64,000 bases of DNA, taken from contig NC_090382.1 of NCBI RefSeq assembly GCF_036365525.1, positions 41,505,748-41,569,747 of the forward strand, read 5' to 3'. The position numbers and the translations under genes were made by a program. Each line of letters opens with the position of its first letter. The stretch's first letter is position 1. Below the pieces are notes generated by a model that saw only the letters and a program-made list of their open reading frames with translations, was not told the origin of the DNA and searched no databases. This stretch comes from Heterodontus francisci. Taxonomy: Eukaryota. Shown piece by piece: positions 13,045-24,032 of the stretch.

Positions 13045-13428
13045 TTTTTTTAATTCTTTCATGGGCTGTGAATGTCACTGGCAAGGTCAGCATTTGTTGC
13101 CCATCCCTAATTGCCATTGACAACTGAGTGGCTTACTAGGCTATTTCAGAGGGTAGTTAAGAGTCAGCCATGTTGCTGTGGATCTGGAGTCACATATAGA
13201 TCAGACCAGGTAAGGATGGCAGATTTTATTTCCTAAAGGACATTAGTGAACTGGATGGGTTTTTACAACAATCGATGATAGTTTCAGGGCACCATTACTG
13301 AGACTAGTTTTCAATTCCAGATTTTTATTACTTAATTGAATTTAAATTCCACCAACTACCCATGTTTCCAGGACATTAGGCTGGGCCTCTAGCTCAGTGA
13401 CATTACCACTCTGCCACCGTCTCCCCAT
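13045..13428 (-). mobile_element. tRNA-derived SINE with a 3' tail shared with CR1-group family 2
   Basis: Minus strand starts GGGGAGACGGTGGCAGAGTGGTAATGTCACTG (A-box-like). It ends GGCAATTAGGGATGGGCAACAAATGCTG..CCCATGAAAGAA, matching the LINE tails at 31050-31120 and 60670-60735. Confidence 0.8.
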
Positions 13429-15569
13429 ATGTGATGCCTTTTTTAATGAGAAAAGGTTACTGGAAAAGACTGTGATGAAAGTATCAATCATTGCTGACAA
13501 CCTGAGTCTTGTGTGTTCAATTTTGAAAATAAATCAAAATTATTCTGTACTGATGTGGTCAAAATATGTTTGTGTCATTAAAAATGGTTCACTTAAATTT
13601 ATGAACTAGGGAGCAATTAATAATTATAACCTTTTTGGGTATTCAGAAAACATCAGATACACAGATGAAGGTATTAAAATAATTTAATGCTCACAGAATT
13701 AATGTGAAATGAGTTAATTGGATTGAACACGATAAAGTAGAAAGGAAAACTTCAGTATTAAGCTCAGATATTTTGGGTTTGGTAGTTAATTTGAAGGGTC
13801 CCAAGTGAAATCCTAAAAAAAACCTCATAAACATACTCCGAATACAAAGGACATGGAGTTCTGCACATTTCTGAAAGCTATAGATCAGAATCTCCAACCG
13901 TCTCTTTAGTGAGAGCTACTTCTGATAAATGTAAAATATCACAAGTCACTTAAACAAATATTGAAAAAATATGGATAGATAAATGCAAACTAAATATGTA
14001 GCTATTATAATTACATTATAGTATTATATTTAATATGAAGGAAAACTAATCTTAACTTTATTTCAATGTGATACTTGACACTGCATGCAAGCCTGGTCAA
14101 GGGATTATTGTACTTGCCAGTGTCCAGAAGCCCAGCAGTGGCTTCAGTGAGTGGATGCTGTCTTTTTAGCAATGTCATCCCCCCTGGAATCTACCTTCCT
14201 TAACAGTATCACATTGGAAATTGTTGGGCCCGATTGGGCTCAAAAGTACTTGGGGTTAAACCCAGCAGCTTTTCCTTCATCTGCACTCCAGCTCAAACTG
14301 ATGCAACAAAAAGGACCTACACAGGAGGCCAGGGACCAAATTCTGCAACTAACCAGGGATAGACACCAACATGTTGCAATAAGGAAATTTGACAAAATTA
14401 TTGACTCAGGCACAGACATGGGGGCAATTAATCTGTATATAAAGTGTATAGCCAATCTAATGCCATTAAAACACAATCCGATTTAAGACATATTTCTCTC
14501 TATAAATAAAGTAGCTAGGCATACATACATCAATGGAAAGCAGCACAACTATATTAGCTAGCTTGCAAGCAAAATAGTATGCAATGTCAATGTGAATTAC
14601 TTCTGTTGACAGAATAGAGAGAGGGTGATAGATGTACTTTATCGATGACCTCTGTGGATTCACACTGTGCCAGGAATGCAAATTCATTCAATAAACCATG
14701 AAACTCAAGGAGAGGTTTGTTATTGTGGTTACTGAGGTGAGGCAGTAGAAAAATCAGCAATAGGAAGACAGACCATTTTTCACACTGCTATTGTCAAAAG
14801 ACAATTTAACCCGTGATGGTCAATGTTTGTGCAACTGCTCTACCTGCTTGTAATATCTGTCTGAAGACAGGACGGCCAACAAAAGGGCAGTGGTCTCCAG
14901 ATCAGGAGAATTTTATAGGATGGAGCAGATAGTACTTCAGAAGAGTCATATAAAACAGAAAATCAGAGTGGGATAGGAAGGGACAGACAGATTAACAGTA
15001 AGTAGCCACGACTAGTTTATTCATCTTGACAGGCTGTTAAACTAGGTCTTGGATTCTAAAATACAGGAACAACAGCATCTAGCATGGATAAAATGTCATT
15101 TACTCACCAAAGCTAGTGACAAAATTAGATAAGCAAAATTACAAATAAAGAGCACTCTTCAGTTCCTCCAATAAAGTGATTCTCTTAAATTCACTTATGT
15201 TAATATCTCAGTCTTTCACTGTCAATTCTGATTCAGTTCTGACAAGATAATTATTAACAAAAAGCTTTTCTGTAAAAGGTTAAGCAGTTGTTACTGCATG
15301 TAATATTCAGTTACAAAATGTTTAGTGACTATCTGTAAGATTACACTCCTGACTAACCAATTTATGTTCAAACCAAATCTCTTACCTGTTAGCAAAGGTG
15401 TACTTATAACATGATGTAATTATATGATACAGACAACTTTCAAATGACATTGGCCACTGAGGGTATATGCCCTCAAATTGGATAGTAAATGATGCATGTT
15501 GTAGTTAGCAATCTTTGATATACCTGTAAAACTTGTCATTTAATCTAATTCACAGCAAAAAAAATCAGT

Positions 15570-16095
15570 TAACCAGCGGCCGTGGGGGAGGCCTCTGCAC
15601 ATGGACAGCATGCCTTGTCAAATGAGGTACCTCCCTGTGGGCTTGGGGGTGGGGGTCCCTCCTCCACGGGCAATCTGTGGCCCATGGAGGGCCCTGGATG
15701 GGAAACATTGCATCTCCCAGGACCCCACTTTATGACCACCCCCACCCCACTTCACCAGGGCCTTCTGGACTGGCCCCAGCAATCCCGCCTCAGTTATCTG
15801 AAGTCCGGGGTTCCAGCGCTGGGCCTGGGTCTAAGGTGTTCGCAGTACCGGCAGTGCCCACTGCACCCGATACTATTGAGCTGCCTGCCCTGTGATTAGC
15901 CAGCAATTCTTGGAGGCGGGATCCCTGTCTTTAAATGCACAGAGTTCTTGGCGCCAGAAACCTCGCCTCCAGAACAACCGAGGATTGCACTGGGGGTGCG
16001 AGAAAATGCTGAGGCGAGGTTCCCCCTACGCCCCCCCACTCCCCTCTGTTTCAGCCCAGCGCCAGAAGCCCACTTCCTCCACAATATCCAGTCCA
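15570..16095. mobile_element. Partial Harbinger-like MITE (family B related)
   Basis: GC-rich island similar to 30450-30909. Ends in TIR-like AATATCCAGTCC. Confidence 0.6.
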
Positions 16096-16099
16096 TAGA

Positions 16100-16485
16100 C
16101 AACAAACAAAGAGATCATTGATAAGCTGAATGCATTCAAGATGTGGACATATAAGAGGAATTTCCACATACCTACACAGATAGAAAGACTAATGAGGAAA
16201 CGTTAGAAATGGCTGGAGAAAGGAGGCAATTAGTGCATAACATCAAAGAGAGAAAGACACAATATTTTGGTCACATCATTAGACCAGAAGGAGACAAAGA
16301 CAACTATTGGAAGGAAAGTTCGACAGAAAACGTAGGAGAGGGAAGCAGAAGAGAAAATGCATGAAGGATATAATGGACTGGATGCAGTTCACCTATGCGG
16401 AATATGTAAGGGCAGCACAGGACAGAGAGAGGTGCAAATCCATGGCAGTCAACCTTCTGGGAAGATGACACCAATGAAGAAACAA
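16100..16485 (+). mobile_element. RTE-clade LINE 3' fragment
   Basis: DKLNAFKMWTYKR..YTDRKTNEETLEMAGERRQLVHNIKERKTQYFGHIIR is a typical RTE ORF C-terminus. Frameshifted. Confidence 0.8.
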
Positions 16486-17329
16486 ACCTGAATGCCCTAA
16501 TATAGGAGAAAATATGATGTTCTAACCATACTAACATTGATGACCAAAGATAAAAAATGGTCAATGGATAGAAATCATCCTCTAAATCACAATCTGGAAA
16601 AGTACAGGAATAAAATAATAATTCTCTTGTGAATCCCTCCTCCCTTAATGAAATTAACCCAGTGATTCACAATTTTCAGGTTAATTCTCTGACTCAAATA
16701 TAAGTAAACCCTTTCAGCATCAGGAAATATCTGGCTAAAGATGAGGATTTAAGACAGACCATCTTAAAAATGTAAGAGAGAAGTTCAAGTCTAGCCAGTC
16801 AGTCTTAATAACAAACTCTGAAACTCCTGACTACCAGAAGTTGCAGTAATGAACTCCTTCTGTTGAGCCCAGCCAGTACTCAATAGTGTTAAGATCAAAC
16901 TGAGCAAAGCGAACAAAACCTGTGAAGAAAAGACATCATAGAGGCTGTATGATCCACGTTGGTGCAGCTGTATGACTTTCACATTAACCTGGGCTTAAAT
17001 TGGCCATCAATCTTAGTTCTGAATATTTAAAAATCTGAAGTATAGCAGTTCCTCCAAAAACATGCCCTTAATAGAATCAAAATTTTCATTGGCACAATGC
17101 AAAGTGGGCAACAGATGACTGCAGCTGCAAAAGCTTGGACTTCATCCCAAAGCTGAAGTAAAAGAATTTTTCCTGGAAAACCTGAAAACATATCGGTAAA
17201 ATTGGAGAGCTGGCCTGACTCCCAATCACTACACAAACTCGCAAAATGTTCAGTAACACCGATCAACTCAGATATTCTCTAGGTTTCAGCACCACCAGCC
17301 ATTCCTTTCTATCTCCCTTTCCGACATCA

Positions 17330-17425
17330 CACTGGTGACTGCACTTCAAAATTATTTGGTTGTAACACTCTTTGGGATGCCAAAGGTCATGAAAGATGCT
17401 ACATAAATGCAAGTCTTTCTTTCTT
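17330..17425 (+). mobile_element. 3' tail fragment of Deu-type SINE/L2
   Basis: CACTTCAAAA..CTTTGGGATG..GGTCATGAAAGATGCTACATAAATGCAAGTCTTTCTT matches the tail at 48735-48822. Confidence 0.65.
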
Positions 17426-19295
17426 AAACCATAAAAGTATACTCCAGCATAACATCTAGCTCAATAATAGCATGACCAAGACATTGCAAAATATACCCAT
17501 TGATGCATGTACTGCATGCCATGCTCTTGCATATGCTGCCACACACATGTTCCTGTCTATATGGAAGGTGCATTGAAGTGCAAGAATGTAAACCAACAAA
17601 TGGTTTTAATTTTACATGAAATATGAATAAACAGACTACATTTTTCAGTAAGATTCACCTATTCCTTGTCATTCTTTGTACCACAAAAATAATAAGGTAA
17701 ATAATTCCACATTCAATATAGAGGAGTCGCACTTTCAAGGTAGCTGCCCCTAAGCCAGCTGGTCATATTTCTTTTGTTAGAAGCTGCATGCATTCATAGC
17801 TCGACCTGGAGCCTCATTGACCTGAATGAGACGAAGAGAGTGACAGAGAAAGTTTGATAGAGACTGAGGGAGAGAACAAGAGTGAAAGCAAGCAAGAGAG
17901 CATGCAATAGCAGGATTGCAATCCAACTTTCCTGGACATTCCCAATGAAAAGCTTTTCCAGACTCGATAAGTAAAACTGCCAAAATGTTATGCCTATCAA
18001 AAAAAATCCATGCTGAAGAATCCAATCAGGTCTCACCTTATTTTGTGCACAGCAAAGGAAAATATGTCATAACAAATCTGAATGAATCTATAGGGACAAT
18101 GACCTGAGAAAGGCCTTGTATGTGTCCTCAAAATGGAATAGGTACTCAGTATGACTGCTGGGAAATCAAAAGGGCTTACGCTAATTAAAACGATGAGGGT
18201 TTATGTAATAAAGAGTTCTTGTGGATATTTGGATAAATAGGTCATCAAGGCCATAGGAGATATAAGTAACCATTCATGCGAATCAGTGATAAAAAGGAAC
18301 TGAGAAGGTAGGAGATTGAAATTGCTACCTGACACATCAGGATTCTCCAATAAGGTGATTGAAAACTAAAAGGGGTGGACTCTTCTATAACACGTGTATC
18401 ACTCAGTTCGGTTAATAAAGTTGAGAAGGTCTATTTGAAAATCAAGGATATATAAGATGGGCCTGGATTTTGCATTAGAATTATGAGTTAGGCTAACAGT
18501 GCTCACGATTATTAAGTAGTAAATCAACAGCAACTTCCAGCATTTGTACATGCACAGTTATAAATGCAGAAATCAGGATGCTATACAATAAGTTGTCCTG
18601 CTCCTGCAGCAGTTTGCTCTGACAGGATCTCACCGAGACACTCAGCATTCAAAAACTCATGAAGTGCATCAAGTTGTGGTTCTTACCCACTAATCACAAC
18701 AAAGAAAGTTAGGACTTGTCCAATCAAGTGTAAGTGAATTTTGTAATGGTGTGATAAATCTTAATTACTGCCAAACAACCTACCTGGCACCGAAAATTAA
18801 CTTTACAAATGTGGAGTCTCAGTCCTTCAGATTTTAGTTATTGGTAGAGATCTATAAATTTATTTTGTACCTTTTCTTTCTGTGTTTTTTATGTCTCTCT
18901 CTTAATCCCATCTTCCTTTCCCTCTGTTTTGCTTTCTGTACATGATTTGATATTGAATTAAATATTCTAACTTAACATTCCTAGATTAAACACAATGGAC
19001 TGAATTTTCACATTGTGGGTGGGAAATGGGAATCGGGACTGTTTCCAAGTCCTGAGCCCACTCCCAGGGGGAAACTGATCTGCTTCACAGTTTTCACCGG
19101 TGTGACCTCTTACTTAATAAGGAGACAGATTTGCTGTCCATTTAGGGACCACAAGTGTGGGAGCGAAGGTGGGTAAGAGGAATTACAGGCCTCGTTTAAA
19201 CTCACCATGGCAGCCATTACTGAGGCTGCTGTTTGGCTGAAAGAGAAAAGCTGCAGAGATTATCTGAGCCTTGGACAGCACTGGAGTGGAACCAG

Positions 19296-21057
19296 ATGCC
19301 TCAGGAATACCAGAGACTTGGCACCTGGGGCAAGGCTGCCCCTAAGTTCTCGGATGCAGACCTTGATGTCATTCTCAAGGCTGTGAGAGAGAGGAGGGAG
19401 ATTCTCTTCCCTGAGGGTGGTCAGAGAAGGTCACTCCCCTCCCCCAGACCAAGGAGCTATGCGAGGAGGTAGCAGCTACAGTGAGCCGCCGAAGCGTGAT
19501 TAGTAGGACATGGATCCAGTGTCGGAAGGGGTTCAATGACCTCATACACTCTGGCAAGGTGAGTGCAACCCCCAACCCTCAGGACAGGCCTCTGGGTATT
19601 CACCCTTCAACAGACACACCACCTGAGGAGCCTCCTGCTGCTCCTGAACGCCGGAGGGATGTGTTCCCAGGGCACTTACTGACCCCTCAGAATGACTCAG
19701 AGTCACAGTGCTGCTGACAACCTATCACCACTGAAACATGAACGTTCCAATGAATTGGAGCAGCTGCCATTGGCCATAGAGAACAGAAGTGCTTTATCAC
19801 ACTGTCTTTTATCCTTGCAGAAGAAGCAGGCACATAATTGCTGTGAAAGAGCCCAGACAGGAGGAAGGGTACCATTTCTCCAGCACATTACCCCAATGGA
19901 AGAGATAGCCATGGACATAGCCAGGATAGTAGATGAGGAGGAAGTTGACCCTGGTGAGATGGGAGCTCATGGTGGACCTAGTGATTACAGAGGACAATAT
20001 GGTCATTCTGGGGATGCAGTGCACTCCAGCCCATCTGATATTGTGTTCAGCACTGAGTAGCATTGGGAGGCCTTAGCACTGCAGAGGCTTCTATTCTCCT
20101 AGGCTGGCTCTCTTCATCTCTTCTTGTGTCTCCCACAGATGCATCCATCCAACCCAGGCCCAGATGACCAAGAAGGAGATGAAGATGGACAGTCCACCAG
20201 CGCAGATATGCTCACCTCTGTGTATCCTCACACGCATTTAAATAGGTGATGATCACAGCACTAATAGACAGGAGAAGGTGCCAGAGGAACAGTGAGCTAT
20301 GGTCAGTTCCCCTTGGAGGAGGGCGGACAGACACAAACCTGCTTAGCTGGGCACAGATGCAGGGCCTCAGGAGCCACAGGAATGAAGGCTGTATCTCGAA
20401 AAGCAGCAGGAGATATGCTCCCATATCAGAGTTTCCTGAGGCAGTGTGAGGTCTTGAACAGAGGTTGGAGGAGTCCATCCAGCTCATGTATGCCACAATG
20501 GTTCAGGCTATGAGCGCATAAGCTCCTCCGCAAGGAAAGTGTCCAACCTCTTGGAGAGTCATATGCGGCAGCACTTGGAGTGCGTGTAGGAACTGCGCAC
20601 TGATATAAACAGGATACATGAAACACTGTGTAGCGTGGACTGGTCACTGGTGCTGGTGGCACAGTGATCTTTGGAGGGAAAACCAGCTGTGCCCCAACTG
20701 GTATCCTCTTCCAGGCATCCGGAGTGCCTGGCAAGGGCTAAGGATATCACAGAGGATGATGAGGGTATCACCTCACTCGGGGCACCCTCATCGTCCTCAG
20801 CCTCCTTGGCCCCTCTGACTGAGCGTCCATCTTTGCAGCAAGGCCAAATGATGAAAGCTGCCCCTGCAATGCTGCAAGTGCAGCAGCCTTTGTAGATGCC
20901 CCTATGAGCCCCTCCACAGTGAGGACAACTGGCATATTCATCTCAGCCGCAAGCCAAGATAAATGAGAAGGCTGCCTCCACCTCCTCCAAGGCCCTAAGG
21001 AGAGCACAGTGTAGGAGTGGCTGAGGGCAGAGGCCACCCCATCGCGAGGAACACTAA
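19296..21057 (+). pseudogene. Harbinger ORF2 Myb/SANT-like DNA-binding protein, spliced, disrupted
   Basis: APKFSDADLDVILKAVRERREILFP...EVAATVSRRSVISRTWIQCRKGFNDLIHSGK. Donor AAG|GTGAGT after 19558; acceptor TTTTATCCTTGCAG|19821 continues in frame KKQAHNCCERAQTGG; further acceptor TCTCCCACAG| at 20138. The 3' end coordinate is approximate. Confidence 0.8.
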
Positions 21058-21551
21058 GTGGTCACTGGGATGTGTTCTTACTGTCTCTGTTTAATGTTTT
21101 CCTCTCTGTGCACTATATAAAGGATGATACTTTAAGTCACACATCTGGGACTCAACAGTGCTGCCATGACAGGAAAAGTGGTATGAGGTGTTGAAAGAGA
21201 TAATGGGATCCTCCATGGCGGAGGAAAGCCTCTGCGAAGATGTGCTGCCTTCATTGGCTGTGTCTTGCATGGATGTGTTTGCACAGGTATCTCAGACTCT
21301 CTTCCATGCCATGTCCCTCAACGTGGCTCAGAGGGACTCAGATGAAACGCTTCTGAATCAAATGATCCCTGACATTCGTGGCACCCTGACAAGTACGTTG
21401 AGCCTCGAGCCATTCTCAACCAATTCCTTGTGCAGCCAGGGCACTTCTCTGTTCAATGTCATCTCCCTCTGCCTCCACTTTCTGCTCCTCTCTCACCTCC
21501 TGCTCCTCCCTCAAGGAGCTGTCTCCTTCCAGGGCTTCACTGACCTCAAGG

Positions 21552-22485
21552 TGTCATGATTAGATGCGAACCCCCTTGTAAATTGTTTTGTGCATTTAAA
21601 TATTAATGTCAACAGCCATTTTATACAGCATGTTTGAAGTTTGTACTTCTGTGTTCCAATTGTCAAAATGGAGGAGAGGGATCAACTGGGACAGCAACTT
21701 GAAAAGGTCTAGCTTTAGGACCCAGGAAATCCCTATCCAACCTATCTGGACTTGGCACTATAACAATTTGTGGGTACAGGCTGTCTTCCATTACACAGCT
21801 GCCATGTGCTACAGAGACTTTTCCCTGAGAGCTCTCTGCAAGAAGCAAAACTGTCTTCAAGCTGCATTGACTTCTTTCTCTAAGGCCTTTCAGCAAGAAA
21901 AAAATTAAAGATAAGCCACATGTTGAAAAATCCAGCAAGAAACGAACCAACCTGAAGACAAACTCCAGTAACAGCAGAAAAGTCTGATTTCTACCAGTTT
22001 TCTCTCCATCCAAAAGAAGGTGACTTCAGCAACTTAGCTATCTCCATTTATATCTGAGAGTGCGAAGAAGACGAAAATTGTCAGAGAAGAGATATTTCCA
22101 ACAGTTCCTCCCCTATTCAGCTTTTCTAATCGGTGATTTTTTTGGAACTCTTGGATAATTTTGAAGGACATTAGTCTTAACTGAAATTCATGTTAGTTTA
22201 TATTTCTATTTAGTAAATGTCCTTTCCTTTTTATGCCTTTAACCTTTCCCTGAATGTTTCTTGGCGTGCATGGTGAAGTTAAACCCCTTCCTGAGTTTAA
22301 AAGTGTGTTAATAAACCTTACTTCTTTATTTTAACTTTAAAATCCATGTTGTTGAAGCAGTCACTTATTATCAGGGTTTAAGGGAGGGCAAGAAATTCAA
22401 ACACTAATCTATTTTCGGACAGGTGGTTGAAAAAACAGGGAAATTGGTTCAGAGAAAAAAAAAGATTTACTGCTTGTTCATAACA
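21552..22485 (+). mobile_element. Solo-LTR-like element (family 1, copy 1) inserted in the transposase
   Basis: TGTCATGA...TCATAACA termini, 4-bp flanks AAGG/AAGA, AATAAA near 22310. Inverted homolog at 28150-29069. Confidence 0.8.
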
Positions 22486-23298
22486 AAGATCCATACCTTT
22501 CTGCAGGGCCATGTTATGGAGAACGCAGCAGACCATCACAATAATCAAGACCGTTGCAGAAGTGTATTGCAGGCCGCCACCTAACCAGTCCAGGCACTGG
22601 AATCGCATCTTCAGAAGTCTGGTCGTCCTAGCGAGTAGGTGGCGTTGGTTGTATTGCCTTTGTTCCTTGGTCTGGGCCTCGTGTAGAGGGGTCAGTAGCC
22701 ATCTCTTCAAGGGATATCCCTTGTCCCCTAGGATCCATCCATGGATTTTGGGTGTTGGAGTAAAAGTCTGTGGCAGTATGGACTGCCGGAGGATGAAGGA
22801 GTCTTGGCAGCTGCCAGGAAAGTGAGCATACACAGGCAAGAAGCTCCTGTTGTGGTCCCAGACCGGTTGTATGTTGAGGGAATGGTAGCCCTTCCAGTTG
22901 ATGAATCTGATTGACCAGATGCTGGATGGCTTGATGGCCACATGGTCACAATCAATGATGCCCTTCATCTGGGCGAAATCAGCGATGGCGCTGAAACCCA
23001 CTGCACTCTGTGCCTGCAAGGCAAGATCTGTCATGAAACGAATGTACTGTCCAGATCTGGAAAAGATGGAATCATTGACCTGCAAGGAGGAATGGTGTGC
23101 TGCCATTAGCGACATGTCACTAAGGTCCCCAGCTGATCCTTGGAAGGAACCAGAAGCAAATAAGTTCAAGACTCGCAGTGACTTTGAAGGCAACTGGCAG
23201 GGTATAGCGACCAGTGGTGCGAGTTGTGAGATCTTTGATGATGAGGTCGCAGATGTCTGTGACTATCTGCCTGGAAAATTGCAGTCTCCTGCGGCATT

Positions 23299-24032
23299 GG
23301 GCTGAATTTTATAAGTCCGCTGCCAATCATGTGGAAGGGGTGGGCTGTTAGTCCCCAGCAATGGCATCAGCTGCCTGTGCGCAGGCGCTGATGCAATTTT
23401 TAAAGGGCTTTAAGCCCTACTGGCAAATTTAAATATTTAAAGTACAAGGAAATAAAAATAAAGACATTTCTTCTGCCCCTCTCCCACCCCCCAATAACAA
23501 TTAAGTTAATTACTTATCCTCTCCTCCCAAAACACTTACCTTTTCTACCTGACCTTCCCCCCACAAAGTGCATAAACGTTAACCTAAAACACTTTCCACC
23601 ATCCCCTACACCAACAATGTTACTTTGACCCCATTCCCCCTGCACCCACCCCCCACCCCCCCCCACCCCCCCCCCCGCCGCGCACTTAAAAACTTACCTC
23701 CTCACCCCTCCCCACAGCGTGGCGACTCGTTTCCCCGGACGGGGATCAGAAGGCACGGGAGTGCCGGCCACCGGGCCAAAGATTGGAGCGGGAACTCAGG
23801 CAGCGACATAATTATAATTAATGCATTCATTTACATTTATTTAAATACGCAAATAGGGGTCCTGTCACTGAGCGGCAGGGGGCCGCCACGAGATCTTGCC
23901 ACCACCAGCAATATCAGGCTGGGCCCTCCTGACCTCAGGGTGTGTGGCAGCCCTCTCTCAGAAGCATTTGCCAGCACCACCCCGCACCCTGCCGCAAAAC
24001 CCCGCCGTCGAGGGGTCGGTAAAATCCAGCCC
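23299..24032. mobile_element. Harbinger-like MITE (family A) inserted in the transposase
   Basis: TIRs GGGCTGAATTTTA / TAAAATCCAGCCC, flanks ATT/AGT. Transposase sequence continues on both sides. Confidence 0.8.

Larger units (their letters stand above)
11480..13476. repeat. Long inverted repeat (arms about 11480-11715 and 12869-13041 + 13430-13476) interrupted by two younger insertions
   Basis: 11632-11668 is the exact 37-bp reverse complement of 12916-12952. Similarity extends over about 170 bp and resumes after the SINE at 13430. Confidence 0.9.

Noticed and set aside
22378-23193. Host HARBI1 gene
   Set aside because: It lies within TIRs beside a Myb partner, is interrupted by two insertions and appears to lack the third catalytic residue. 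It is a dead transposon copy, not the domesticated gene.
23635-23680. C-run tract with G-quadruplex potential on the minus strand
   Set aside because: It is a variable homopolymer region within a MITE, with no evidence of function.
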